64,000 nt of DNA from Octopus sinensis (Eukaryota), in the NCBI RefSeq assembly GCF_006345805.1, contig NC_042999.1:104904001-104968000 (forward strand), read 5' to 3'. The notes under the pieces are model-generated. The model did no database searches, was not told the DNA's origin, and was given only the letters and a program-made list of their open reading frames with translations. Of the stretch, positions 13,525-26,514 are shown one piece after another. Position numbers and translations under genes: made by a program. How positions within the stretch are numbered: position 1 is the first letter of the stretch; the number at the start of each line of letters is the position of its first letter.

Positions 13525-14600
13525 TACGACGACGAGCTCGGGGCGAACCTGGACGTCGACGAGGAGTACCTGACCCGCCTGTTCAGGACGACTTTCGGGC
13601 CAGGGCCCATGGACAACTTCCAGAGATCCCTGGCCTGGCAGTGCTACCGAGAAGCGCTACCCGTTCGGGATAAGCTCTACAGACACGGCTCGAGAAACAC
13701 GTGGCCGACCTGCCCGAGATGCGGTCAGAGCGACGAAACCGTTCTGCACGCACTCGTGCAGTGTCCAACAATTTCCGACCTGTGGGCTTATGTCGAACAA
13801 CTGCTGTCACGTGTGGGGCGAGTCGGTTTATCAGCTGAGTCTATCGTCAATATTGTCACGCCTCCTTCCTTCAAACGGGAAGGAAGAGCTATTTTCATCA
13901 TCCTTGTGGCTATGTCGAAAGAATGTATCTGGTGGACGCGTCTGAAAGGATTGGAGACAAACACTTTCCTCTCTGGTCAATCTCTCATCAACTTCTTCAA
14001 GTACCACTTGAAAAGGAAAGTGAGAGTAGAGAGGCAAGTTTTGTCTAGCGAATGTTTTAAAAAAGATGGGTGAATGTAGCAAGGATGGCACGTATGAATG
14101 ACGAAGCCACCTTGAGCATAATCCTATGAACCCAGAAATTGAAACAGAAGGTTACCCACTTGCAAACAAATGTGGTAACATATAACAATATTGACCAAGG
14201 TTACCGTGGTCTTTTCGTAGGCTTTTCTTCCACGGATAAACCTTACTTGCTTTCCCCTTTACACCATATATCATAACACTGTGATACACGATCCCTATTG
14301 ATCTTCGTTTTTTTCCTCTTCCCTTTTTTTTCCCCTTTTTTCTCTTTTTTTTTTCATTCTCTTTCCTTTTGTTCCTTTTCCTTTTCTTTTTTTTTCTTTT
14401 TATTCTTTTTATTTTATTCAATTTTTTTTATTTTTTTTTTTTTGTTCTTTTCTTCCCTTTTACGATCCCTCTTGATCGAAAACCTACGCCACCCCCTTTT
14501 TGTTTCTTTTGTTTTTGTTCTCTTCATCCCCCAAAAGAAAAAGCTCTACCTTGTAACTTGTCCCATCTGTGTGCAGCCCTGTGTGGCCAATAAAGAAACT
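13525..14600 (+). mobile_element. Tx1 family copy A (5'-truncated, ~1.08 kb: ORF2 C-terminus and 3'UTR)
   Basis: High identity to 25909-26931; encodes CPRCGQSDETVLHALVQC; ends AATAAAGAAACT then TATC(TACC)n. Confidence 0.95.
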
Positions 14601-15786
14601 TATCTACCTACCTACCTACCTACATACCTACCTACCTACCTACCTACCTACCTACCTACCAACCTACCTACCTACCTATCTACCTACCTACCAACATATC
14701 TACCTACCTACCTACCTACCTACCTACCTACCTACCTACCGACCTACCTTCTACCTACCTATCTACCTACCTACTACCTACCTAATTGCCTATCTAACCT
14801 TCCTAGCTACCTACTATCTACCTACCTACCTACGACCTACGTACCTCCTGCCTACCTACCAATCTAATTACCTATCTACCTACCTAGCTACCTACCTACA
14901 TACATACATACACATCTCCCTACCTACCTACTACCTACCTATCTACCTACCTACCTACAACTTACCTACCTCCTATCTACCTACCTATCTACCTACCTAC
15001 CTAACGACCTACGTACCTACTGACCTACCTACCAATCTAATTACCTATCTAACTACCTAGCTACCTACCTACATACATACACCATCTACCACCTACCTAC
15101 CTACCTACCTACCTACCTACCTACCACCGACCTACCTTCCTACCTACCTATCTACCTCTCCTACCTACCTACCTACCTAATTGCCTATCTACCTTCCTAT
15201 CTACCTACCTATCTACCTACCTACCTAACGACCTACGTACCTACTGACCTACCTACCAATCTAATTACCTATCTACCTACCTAGCTACCTACCTACATAC
15301 ATACATACACATCTACCTACCTACCTACCTACCTACCTATCTACCTACCTACCTACCAACTTACCTACCTACCTATCTACCTACCTATCTACCTACCTAC
15401 CTAACGACCTACGTACCTACTGACCTACCTACCAATCTAATTACCTATCTACCTACCTAGCTACCTACCTACATACATACATACACATCTACCTACCTAC
15501 CTACCTACCTACCTACCTACCTACCTACCTACCGACCTACCTTCCTACCTACCTATCTACCTACCTACCTACCTACCTAATTGCCTATCTACCTTCCTAT
15601 CTACCTACCTATCTACCTACCTACCTAACGACCTACGTACCTACTGACCTACCTACCAATCTAATTACCTATCTACCTACCTAGCTACCTACCTACATAC
15701 ATACATACACATCTACCTACCTACCTACCTACCTACCTATCTACCTACCTACCTACCAACTTACCTACCTACCTATCTACCTACCT
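14601..15786. repeat. (CTAC)n/(CTAT)n tract with ~400-bp higher-order repeat
   Basis: Variant landmarks recur at about 400-bp spacing (see findings). Confidence 0.9.
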
Positions 15787-16259
15787 AAATCGATGGATGA
15801 ATATAGCAAGGATGGCACGTATGAATGACGACGCCACCTTGAGCATAATCCTATGAACCCAGAAATTGAAAATAGAGGGTTACCCACTTGCAAACAAATG
15901 TGGTAACATGTAACAATATTGACCGAGGTTACCGTGGTCTTTTTCGTAGGCTTTTCTTCCCACGGATAAACCTTATCTGCTTCCCCCTTTACACCGTACA
16001 TCATGACACTGTGATACACGGTCCCTATTGATCGTTTTTTTTTCTCTTCCTCTTTTTCCTTCTTTTTTCTTCTTTCTTTTCTTTTGTTTCTTTTTTCTTT
16101 TGTTTTATTTCTTTTCCTTTTTTCTTTTTTTCTTTTTTCCCTTTTGCGATCCCTTTTGATCGAAAACTACCTCACTTTTTTTTTCATCCCCCAAAAGAAA
16201 ATCTCTACCTTGTAATTTGTCCCATCTGTGTGCAGCCCTGTGTGGCCAATAAAGAAACT
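15787..16259 (+). mobile_element. Tx1 family copy B (5'-truncated, ~470 bp)
   Basis: Matches about 26445-26931; (TACC)n on both sides. Confidence 0.95.
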
Positions 16260-16538
16260 TACCTACCTACCTACCGACTGACGTACCTACCTACCTACAT
16301 ACCTACCTACCTACCTACCTACCTACCTACTTATCTACCTACCTACCGACCTACCTACCTACCTATCTACCTACCTAGCTACCTAACTACCTACCGACCT
16401 ACATACCTACCTACCTAGCTACCTACCTACCGACCTACCTACCTATCTACCTACCTACCTTCCTACCTACCTACTTACCTACTTACCTATCTATCTACCT
16501 ACCTACCTACCTACTTACCTACCTACCTACCTGCCTAC
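16260..16538. repeat. (CTAC)n tract
   Basis: Seen directly. Confidence 0.95.
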
Positions 16539-16659
16539 TGTGCAACTACTCTGAGATTACAACTACTTCATGTGACCAAGAGGCGGCCGGGCTAGGCTAT
16601 ATAAACGGAAGCTTGGAGAAGAAGCAGGCATCATACCAGCAAGAGGGCCATATCCTGTA

Positions 16660-17215
16660 AGCTAGAGAATGACAACACTGTCGACAGGATGAATAGCCTT
16701 TCTTGGACCTGTGACAGATGCATTACATCCCACCTAGAAGGATATGCCTTCGCAATACAAGAAGAGGATATAGTTGCTAAATATGTAATAGATAAGGATA
16801 CAAAGTTACCACCAAGCTTCTGCGTTGCGATAGAAAATATGAGCTCTGCTACATCAGTTTGCAAGATACCCCCACCGTGTCACCAGCCCTAAATGTCAAC
16901 GAGATAAATCTGCCATTAAGGCATGGCTTAGTTGCAATGCTAGCCTCTGGAAAGATTACCCTGACTTATACATCAAAAGCATGTCACAACCAGCATGTAT
17001 TGACAAATTTAAAAACAATGAATACTGGTGGAAAACTTCAATAAAGAAACAACATTTCGGTGCAGACATAACCGACCTGATATTGTTCTGTGGGACAGGG
17101 AACAAAAGTAGAGGTTAGCTTCCTAGTGGATGTGAATGTACAATCAAAACTTCAGGCAAAAGAGAATATTTATGATGAATTAACGCAGGACTTACAACTC
17201 TTGTAGCCTAACTAT
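16660..17215 (+). mobile_element. Third RLE-type LINE fragment (R4/NeSL-like Zn finger-RLE region), heavily decayed
   Basis: SLSW..ITSHLEGYAFAIQEEDI..KY; LPLRH..VA; (H)NRPDIVLWDRE. Confidence 0.65.
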
Positions 17216-19129
17216 AAATTCTTATCATAATAGAAAAAGAAACCGACGCAGTTTTTCCAAATCCAATCTAGTAGAGGCACTGTGAAGATATGCAGGGCAT
17301 TCCAGAGATTCTCCATTTGTGATGCAGTCAAATAAAATGCAAAGAATACACATATATACATTTATATATGCATACATACATCTCTCTCTCTATATGTATG
17401 TATATATATGTAGTGGCTTCATTAGAGCTTGATGGTAGTATGGTGGTCGCACTGCTAAGAAGCCTGAGGTGGTGTTGGAAGGTAAGCCATGACTTGCAGT
17501 GGTATAGGAGTTTTTTTCTGTACATAGGTTCTATGCATGCTTCAGTGCCTTTCTTCAGTGATTGCTGCTCCAAGGACTTTTAGATATTTTGAAATAATGA
17601 TTGCCCCTGCTTGATGATATGTAGATTTTTCAACTACTCAGTGACAAAATAGGAAGAGACTGAAAACTAAACCTCATAGTTGAGTTAAAACAATTTCTTC
17701 AATGTGTGTAAAATTAGGCAAATTTTACATACGTCATATTGCTACACAAAATGTAATAACTGCCTAATTCATAACCGACTAAAGTATCTATTGAACAAAT
17801 ACAAACTACGTTAAGTGCTACAGTTTATAATCTAAGGACAGCAAAACACAGTAGAGCTATGAATCTCTTAACCAAACCAGCATGAACTGACGAAACTTAC
17901 AATAAATCATATATAACCAATGCATAATTGAAAGATAAAGTACATATTCCTTGTTTAACTTTTATTTTTCTATATATTCATGGTTACTAATTTGTCTTTT
18001 TAATATATGTGGTTATTTTCCACCGACTTGTAGTTTAGCTGAATCACTAGTGTTGCTGATAGGGTCGACATTAATTTTCATCTTACTGAAGTCGATATAA
18101 TAAATACCAGATAAGTACAAATATAGATATAGTCGCCTGTTGCCTTTTCGCAAATACCTGACCTTATGTCTATGATAAAAATCAATATATCTACATTTTC
18201 TTTTATCTTAAAAATGTCTTTACTTTTATTCATTTTTTCAAAAGAAAAAAAAGTATTTTTTAAAATTTGTTTTAATAGTTTTAAATTTATTTACTTTTCA
18301 TTCATATCTTTAGAAAGTATTTTCTCTACTTACCTTTCAATTTTTAATTTTTCTCATACGTGTGTAAAAGATATTGAATTCCATTCTACTATTTATTTTA
18401 TTGTTTTATATATTTGACTTATCTTGCCTTTTTCCATAAAAAGCATATTTTTGAAGACAGCTAGGATTAAGAACATTACTATGTGATATCTCTAATATTT
18501 ATTCGGCTAGTATTATTCATTTTTTCTGGAATCCTATTATAGTTGCCATTCAGACAAAATAAAATACCCAACTATCTGTTTATTGATTTTTCATATTATT
18601 TCACCTCAAATTTAGCTTTCATTGCAGGATTAATAACGTACTTTATTTGCCTTGAATAATGTTTTATTTATGCAAACGCATTTTAGAAGATTCAAAGTTT
18701 AAGTTCTTTAGTAGACAGCATAACATAGAAAAAAAAACACAGAAATTAATCCCCAATTATTTGCATGCAAATTATTGGAGACGTTTCTGCTTGAAGTTAT
18801 TTTCTCACTGCTTCACACCAAATTAAACTAATTAGTAACTTTTCTTGCTATTATATATATCGATGACACAATATAATTATATATTGTCATATTTGTGTTA
18901 ACATTTTAAATAAAGCGTAAATAAGTAGCTATGTGCAAAAAGTATGTTAGTCAATGATATTATTTTTATTATTTTGCCAAGTACAAAATATCACCCTTTA
19001 CATCTTTTGTGCGAAGTGTAGAGTAAATTTTACTTACTAAAATAATCTTGACGAAATCACTACTTTAAATACAAAACTGTACAATGGTTTACGCCAAAAA
19101 TATAAATCGTTAGGATAATATTCCACAAA

Positions 19130-19210
19130 TTTCTTTTACTAGTTTCAGTCATTTGATTGGGTTTATATTGGGGGGACAAACACAGACACACAAACATATA
19201 CACACACGTG

Positions 19211-19256
<46 letters not shown>

Positions 19257-19458
19257 TATATATTATATATATATATGTATATATATATATGTGTGTGTCG
19301 GGCTTCTTTCAGTTTCCGTCTACCAAATCCACTCAAAAGGCTTCGGTCGTCCCGAGGCTATAGTAGAAGACACTTGTCCAAGGTGCCACGTAGTGGGACT
19401 GTACGCGGAACCATGTGGTTGGTAAGCAAGCTACTTACCACACTTCACTCCTACGCCT
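19130..19458 (-). mobile_element. SINE family 1 copy with large 3'-body deletion
   Basis: Head matches 545-706; tail CTTTTACT..TTTCAGTCATTTGA joined directly to GGGGGACAAACAC. Confidence 0.85.
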
Positions 19459-19795
19459 ATACTTATGTTATACATGTCATTATTGTTAATACTTATATTC
19501 TGCTACATTCCATGCGACTTGCACCAGTAGATTTGTATTCAATATGCAGTGTTGTCAACGGAATCATAAAGAGTGAGAGGCCCGGAATAATGAGCAATAA
19601 CACAGAGCCATCACTATTTCACAATACACTGTTCTGTAAACAATAAAATAAAAATTCAATAAAAACAAAACCACAGTATAAATACATGGAATATTGGTCA
19701 TCTATATCCCTAGCTGTCCTTTTGTTTATTGCCATCAATTTATATATTGGTATATATGGCCTGATTCCTGTCTGGTTTTCTGTTAAGAATCTATC

Positions 19796-20720
19796 CTACC
19801 CGTTCGGGATAAGCTCTACAGACACGGCTCGAGAAACACAGGGCCGACCTGCCCGAGATGCAGTCAGAGCGACGAAACCGTTCTGCACGCACTCGTGCAG
19901 TGTTCAACAATTTCCGACCTGTGGGATTATGTCGAACAACTGCTGTCACGTGTGGGACGAGTCGGTTTATCAGCTGAGTCTATCGTCAATATTGTCACGC
20001 CTCCTTCCTTCAAACGGGAAGTAAGAGCTATCTTCATCAACCTTGTGGCTATGGCGAAAGAATGTATCTGGCGGACGCGTCTGAAAGGATTGGAGACAAA
20101 CACTTTCCTCTCTGGTCAATCCCTCATCAACTTCTTCAAGTACCACTTGAAAAGGAAAGTGAGAGTAGAGAGGCAAGTTTTGTCTAGCGAATGTTTTAAA
20201 AAAAGATGGGTGAATGTAGCAAGGATGGCACGTATGAATGACGAAGCCACTTTGAACATAATCCTATGAACCCAGAAATTGAAAACAGAGGGTTACCCAC
20301 TTACAAACCAATGTGGTAACATATAACAATATTGACCAAGGTTACCGTGGTCTTTTTCGTAGGCTTTTCTTCCCACGGATAAACCTTACTTGCTTTCCCC
20401 TTTACACCATAAATCATAACACTGTGATATACGATCCCTATTGATCGTCTTTTTTCCTCTTCCCCTTTTTTCCTCTTTTTTCTTCTTTTTTTCATATCTC
20501 TTTTCTTTTGTTCCTTTTCTTCTTTTTTCTGTTTTTATTTATTTTTTTATTTTTTGATCTTTTTTTCCCTTTTACGATCCCTCTTGATCAAAAACCTACG
20601 CCACCTATTTTTTTTGTTTCTTTTTTTTGTTTTTTTGTTTTTTTTCATCTCCCAAAAGAAAAGGTCTACCTTGTAACTTGTCCCATCTGTGTGCAGTCCT
20701 GTGTGGCCAATAAAGAAACT
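19796..20720 (+). mobile_element. Tx1 family copy C (5'-truncated, ~925 bp)
   Basis: Intact ORF2 C-terminus (..KKRWVNVARMARMNDEATLNIIL*); preceded by AATCTATC; ends AATAAAGAAACT-TATC. Confidence 0.95.
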
Positions 20721-20724
20721 TATC

Positions 20725-20977
20725 TTTCCTCTTCCCCTTTTTTCCTCCTTTTTCTTCTTTTTTCATTTTTCTTTTCATTTGTTCCTTTTTCCCTTTTTTC
20801 TTTTTTTCTTTTCCTTTTTTTTGTTCTTTTTCCCTTTACGATCCCTTTTGATCGAAAACCTACCCACCCTTTTTTTATTCTTTCGTTTTTTGTTGTTTTT
20901 TTTAATCCCCCAAAAGAAAAGCTCTACCTTGTAACTTGTCCCATCAGTGTGCAGCCCTGTGTGGCCAATAAAGAAAT

Positions 20978-20978
<1 letters not shown>
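20725..20978 (+). mobile_element. Tx1 family copy D (3'UTR only)
   Basis: Polypyrimidine tract, CGATC..GATCG hairpin and terminal segment; followed by (TATC)10. Confidence 0.9.
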
Positions 20979-21018
<40 letters not shown>

Positions 21019-21020
<2 letters not shown>

Positions 21021-21216
21021 CCTTTTTTTTTCCTTTTTTCTTTTCTTTTCCTTTTTTTTTCTTTTTCCCCTTTTACGATCCCTTTTGATCGAAAACCTAC
21101 ACTACTTTTTTTGTTTCTTTTCTTTTTTTTTTGTTTTCTTTCATCCACAAAAGATAAGCTCTCACCTTGTAATTTGTCCCATCTGTGTGCAGCCCTGTGT
21201 GGCCAATAAAGAAACT
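21019..21216 (+). mobile_element. Tx1 family copy E (3'UTR only)
   Basis: As copy D; followed by (TATC)2 and then the full-length copy. Confidence 0.9.
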
Positions 21217-21478
21217 TATCTATCGACATGGACGGACGCTAGTCAAATGGGCTTCACGTAAGTTGGCCACTTTTACATGTTTAAAACTCCTTGTTGTCAA
21301 ATATTTTGTTTTAATCGTTGTGCAAGTTCATTCACTAAAAAACCTGAGAATTATTCACGTAGAATTCCGCCCCTGTATAGGCGAAATTACCAAAAACTTT
21401 CAAAACTTTTCTGGGTTCCTTTTAGCCATTTTTATTTTGAAAATAGCAACTAGAAACCACGTGGCTAGCCCGCCAGTC

Positions 21479-23080
21479 ATGCGGAACGGTAGCGAAACAC
21501 TATTGCTACCAATAGCTGCTAAACCTCGCAGCTTGAACACTGTTGTCACCACCACCACCAACAACAAAACTAACGTCGCAAGATCATTCACCATCGCCGC
21601 GACCAAAGACATCAACTTAGTTTTCCCCCACTCCCTACACCACTTGTCGATGAAAACAGGACGGAGAAAGGGATTTCAAAAATCGAATACAGACGAAAAC
21701 ATGAATGCCAGCACAACCACCATCACTACTACCAACAACAACACGAAATCAGCACAAAGCCGCCTACCAAAGACAACACCGCCAACACCAACACTACTAC
21801 CTTCAACTGCTACAACTAACTCTTCTGCTGCTAACACCGCCAAAATTAAACCGAATTTCGCGGATGCGACAAAACAAAAACGAACAATCGTAAAATTCAC
21901 CACACAGGAAATAAACCTCACAAAAGCACTCTTCACCAAAGAAGGAGATAAATTGCATCTTCACATTCCACAACACATCGTGGAAAACACACACAAAAAG
22001 ACAATAATCTACAAAGTCATCAACAAGAAAATAAGACAACCAGACTCTAAGGAGTATATCAGTTGCGGAAATAAATTTGGCACAGTCCAAGTAGGTTTCC
22101 TCAACGAAAATTTAGCAAAACGATTTTCCACATTGGAGCTGCATTCAGACGACTTGGTAATATATTTAAACCAGAGGGTGACGAAAGTCCAAATAAGAAA
22201 TGTACCACCTGAAGTCGAAATACAATGGTTAGTCTCTGCCATCTGCTTTGAAATGGCAGAACCAATGGCAGAGACAAACATCCTTGAAATCGCCGTTCTA
22301 GGAGAGAAAGACTATGTGGGAAAATCAATCCAATTCCTTCTTCAATTGGATGAAACAACAAGAGAAAAGATACCCACCACTATAGAACTGCCAGAAGGCT
22401 ACAAACTCTATGTAGTGGTAGAGGGCAGGCGACCACGTTGCTATTTGTGTGGAAGCGAAACACACTTGAAAAAGAAGTACCCAACCACTGCACACCAAGA
22501 GCAACAACAACAACCGCTACCACAACCAAAACACTCCCAGAAAAAAGCTCTACTACCCACACCACCATCAACACAGAAGACGACAAGAGAAGCACACCAA
22601 GCTAATCCGTCAACAACCAAAAATTATCTAACACCTGAGAAAATACTAACACCACCAACAACAGCAAGAACCAAAGGAACAGAAAAACAAAGAAAATATA
22701 CAAAAACTGATTCCCCATCCCTTATATCGCACTCACCACACACAAACACTCAACAACCAACAGCAACGAAAACAACAGCACAACCACTTACACAGACATA
22801 CATAGAAGCCTACAACATACCCCTACCCCCTACTGATTCCTTAGAAAATTCGTCGGAAGACGAAACCAGTGAGGAATGGCAAATAGCTAGAAAAGGAAGG
22901 AAAATAAAGAGCAGAAACACAACCAAACCAAATGCAAGCACAAACAAAGCAGGGGGAAATACATCTCTCGAATATATTTCAAAACCCAACACAAACAACA
23001 GCCACACCAACACCACAAAAATATATACAGCAAACTTTCGAGCAGTAAGTAACCCTCTGTTCCTTTCACTTGTATTCTAA
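21479..23080 (+). CDS. Tx1 ORF1 (gag-like nucleic-acid-binding protein), ~533 aa from the first plausible ATG
   Basis: Open frame. NFADATK motif, RRM-like TKVQIRNVPPEV, knuckle CYLCGSETHLKKKY (last Cys replaced by Tyr), Thr/Pro-rich termini. Start codon uncertain. Confidence 0.8.
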   Translation: MRNGSETLLLPIAAKPRSLNTVVTTTTNNKTNVARSFTIAATKDINLVFPHSLHHLSMKTGRRKGFQKSNTDENMNASTTTITTTNNNTKSAQSRLPKTTPPTPTLLPSTATTNSSAANTAKIKPNFADATKQKRTIVKFTTQEINLTKALFTKEGDKLHLHIPQHIVENTHKKTIIYKVINKKIRQPDSKEYISCGNKFGTVQVGFLNENLAKRFSTLELHSDDLVIYLNQRVTKVQIRNVPPEVEIQWLVSAICFEMAEPMAETNILEIAVLGEKDYVGKSIQFLLQLDETTREKIPTTIELPEGYKLYVVVEGRRPRCYLCGSETHLKKKYPTTAHQEQQQQPLPQPKHSQKKALLPTPPSTQKTTREAHQANPSTTKNYLTPEKILTPPTTARTKGTEKQRKYTKTDSPSLISHSPHTNTQQPTATKTTAQPLTQTYIEAYNIPLPPTDSLENSSEDETSEEWQIARKGRKIKSRNTTKPNASTNKAGGNTSLEYISKPNTNNSHTNTTKIYTANFRAVSNPLFLSLVF

Positions 23081-23092
23081 TTCATTAGGATT

Positions 23093-26000
23093 ATGATCAA
23101 GATTGGTTGTATAAATGCGTGTGGCTTGGGGTCCCCTTGGAAACAAGGGTACCTCTTAAATGACATAAATTCACACAAGTTAGAAATCAAAGCCATAAGT
23201 GAGACCAGACTCCACAATCCGCGGGTCCTAAAGACCATGTTTGGCGGACAGTTCAACATTTATTTTTCCCCGTGTGCCAAGAATGGGCGGTAGTGACACC
23301 GCGGTACTTTTTCGCAAGAATTTGGATCTCAAAGTAAAGACAATATTCGTAGACCCGGAGGGTAGACTGGTCGTCCTGGATGTCGACGGCAGCAATGGGT
23401 GCGCTTTTCGACTCGTATCAGTCTACGCACCGCCCTTAACAGGTCGGGCGGGTTTCTTTCAACGTCTAGAAGTATTCTTGGGAACGTCTCGTCCTTTAAT
23501 AGTGGGGGATTGGAATGCTAACTTGGACACGCATGCAGACTACGTGGGCAGAGATAGGAATAGACGGGGATGCAAATGCCTCAGAGACCTGCTCAGACGC
23601 TTTCAACTATCTGACAGGTTCCGACTAGACCACCCGAATGCGCCAACGTGGACATGGAGCAACCGCATCGGGTTGTCGAGATCGTATCTAGATAGGATAC
23701 TGTGTAGGACAGTAGATAGAGATAGCATAGGATGTCCACAATTCCACATAGTCAGCTACACGGATCACAAACTTGTGACATGTACGCTAGACTTAGGTAA
23801 GACACTTAGGCTGGGTCCCGGATACTGGAAACTAAACGCGTCTTTCCCATCGAGACAGGTTTTCAGAGACCGGATTAGCACACTAGTAAAGAGGGCTTTG
23901 ACGGGAGCCATCATCAACAACAAATGGTGGTTTGCCCTCAAGAGAGCAGTAAAAGCAGAAGCGAATAGATACAGCAAAGCACTAGCCATAGATAGAAATA
24001 GAGTAGAGGGTGAGCTAGTTAAGAAGCTAGAAGAAGCAATTAGAAGCGGCATCGCATCCGACGTTTTGGCGGCGAGGTTGGCCCTCGACCAACACTTCAA
24101 CGCCAAACACGAAGGGTATGCTGTCAGAGGTAGGATGCATGCTCTAAGGAACGAAGGTGTTGGAGCCGCGAGAGAGGCCCGGGTGGCAGAGGCGCAACAG
24201 GGCAACAAAGCCACCATTCGGTCTCTGGTAGATGAACAGGGGCGCGAATTCCTCGAGCCAAGTAAAATGTGTGAGGCCTTTGAACAACATTTTGCCCGAC
24301 TGTTCGGGACGAGTGGCGGGCAAGAACGTAGGGTGGACTTCAGCGCCTACCTACAGAGCCTACCACGACTCTCGACAAAAGAGGCAGGGCGCTGCGAAGG
24401 TTCCATCACGGCGGTGGAAGTGCAGGACGCGATGGCAGAATGCTCAAGGGACAAATCGCCGGGTTTGGATGGTCTACCCTACGAGCTTTACAGTTGTACG
24501 CCAGACTTGTTTGGAGACGTCTTGGCAGCGGTGTACTGCAACTGGCAGCAAAACGGGAGCATCCCTGGTTTTGTGAGCCGAGGAGCCGTAACAGTGCTGA
24601 AGAAAGATCTAAACAAGGAAAATGTAATAGATAACTTTAGGCCCATCACTCTGCTTAATGCAGACTTGAAAATTTTGGCCAAGGTATTAGCCAAGAGGTT
24701 GGTGCTTGTCATCGAGAAACTGGTCGACAAGGCGCAAACGTGCGCCGTGCCGGGCCGGACCATCCATGACAACCTCCACCTGATGCGCTACATCATAGAC
24801 AGGGTAGTTAACGAACCTGGCATGGGTGGGGCGCTGATCAATTTGGATCAATCGAAAGCTTTCGATAGGGTAGACCATCGATACTTGGAGGCTGTCCTCA
24901 GAGCGGCTGGCTTCGGTCCCGTCTTCCGCGGCTGGATCCCGCTTTGTACAGAGGCATCCGTTCGGTGATTCGCGTGAATGGACATCTATCGAGACCTTTC
25001 GACATCGCACGTTCGGTCCGTCAGGGATGCCCCCTCTCGTCGCTTCTATACGTATTGACTCTCGAGCCATTATTGCGGAAGCTGGCAACTCTGAGGGGCA
25101 TCCCGCGAGAATTGGGATGCTGGACGAGCATGTATGCATACGCGGACGGCGTTACCGTCATAGTGTCTAGCCACGAGCACATCGAGCAGGTCGGCGAGAC
25201 ACTGAAAAACTACGAAGCGGTGACAGGAGCGAAAATCAACCGGGAAAAGTCAGTGGGCTCGCGACTAGGCACCTAAAGAAGCAAGCCCATGCCGTCCACC
25301 AGCGCCTCCGTTGTGGGACGCTGGACCGACGGTCCGGTCGAGTTGCTCGGGGTCTGGTTTGGTCCGGACCTCCAAATGGAGAAGAACTGGAACGAGATAA
25401 TGAGTAGGGTGGTCACTCTCGCCCGTCAATGGGCCGAGAGGAAACAGTCCCTAAAAGGTCGGGCGGAGGTGGCGAACACGTACATCGCGTCCGTCATCTA
25501 CTACCGCCTGACCGTCGTACCTTGTCCCGACCCTACCATCACCAAACTAGAACGCATTCTCTTTCGCTTCTTGTGGAAAGGATGCTTCCCGATGGTCAGG
25601 CGATCCATTTGCTGTCAATACCCGTTAAAAGGAGGACTGGGCATGCCGTGGTTGATGATGCGCAGACACGCGCTGAGACTGCGACATCTCAAGCTCTTCG
25701 TAGACGACGGTGAACAGGTGTGGTCGCCGTTTGTGAAGCGCGCTTTCCCGCAGCTCGTATCCATGACCGAACTGCAGTCGTAGATCAAAAAGAAGCCGAG
25801 GAAGGGCGAATGGCACCGCGAGTGTTGCGTTGCTCTCAAGCAACTCTGTCGACCTTGAGTGATTCCATCACAACCCAAGCATTTTATAGGGGATTAGTGG
25901 AGGGGAGGTACGACGACGAGCTCGGGGCGAACCTGGACGTCGACGAGGAGTACCTGACCCGCCTGTTCAGGACGACTTTCGGGCCAGGGCCCATGGACAA

Positions 26001-26514
26001 CTTCCAGAGATCCCTGGCTTGGCAGTGCTACCGAGAAGCGCTATCCGTTCGAGATAAGCTCTACAGAGACGGCTCGAGAAACATGGGGCCGACCTGCCCG
26101 AGATGCAGTCAGAGCGACGAAACCGTTCTGCACGCACTCGTGCAGTGTTCAACAATTTCCGACCTGTGGGCTTATGTCGAACAACTGCTGTCACGTGTGG
26201 GACGAGTCGGTTTATCAGCTGAGTCTATCGTCAATATTGTCACGCCTCCTTCCTTCAAACGGGAAGGAAGAGCTACTTTCATCATCCTTGTGGCTATGGC
26301 GAAAGAATGTATCTGGTGGACGCGTCTGAAAGGATTGGAGACAAACATTTTCCTCTCTGGTCAATCCCTCATCAACTTCTTCAAGTACCACTTGAAAAGG
26401 AAAGTGAGAGTAGAGAGGCAAGTTTTGTCTAGCGAATGTTTTAAAAAAAGATGAGTGAATGTAGCATGAATGGCACGTATGAATGACGAAGCCACCTTGA
26501 ACATAATCCTATGA
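23093..26514 (+). pseudogene. Tx1 ORF2 (APE endonuclease, reverse transcriptase, C-terminal CCHC), disrupted
   Basis: APE motifs INACGL, SETR, VYAP, GDWNA, YLDRI, TDHK. RT motifs SPGLDG, FRPITLLN, DQSKAFDRVDH, RQGCPLS, YADG (YADD mutated). Frameshifts near 23285, 24940 and 25855; stops at 25274, 25781, 26452. Confidence 0.92.

Noticed and set aside
12470-16538. Telomeric or interstitial telomeric repeats; YLPT-rich ORFs
   Set aside because: The unit is CCTA/TAGG, not TTAGG or TTAGGG. The ORFs are translations of the microsatellite.
19686-20024. ORF with a signal-peptide-like N-terminus (MEYWSSISLAVLLF..)
   Set aside because: A chance hydrophobic frame running out of frame into Tx1 copy C; no splice or homology support.
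19796-21224. CRISPR-like or regularly spaced repeat array
   Set aside because: The repeats are LINE 3' ends separated by homologous polypyrimidine UTR sequence, not unique spacers; eukaryotic context with no cas genes.
25274-26454. APOBEC-like G-to-A hypermutation, since all three ORF2 stops appear to derive from Trp codons
   Set aside because: Comparison of F with A and C shows C-to-T and G-to-A changes in similar numbers, with no strand bias. TGG is inherently a common source of nonsense mutations.
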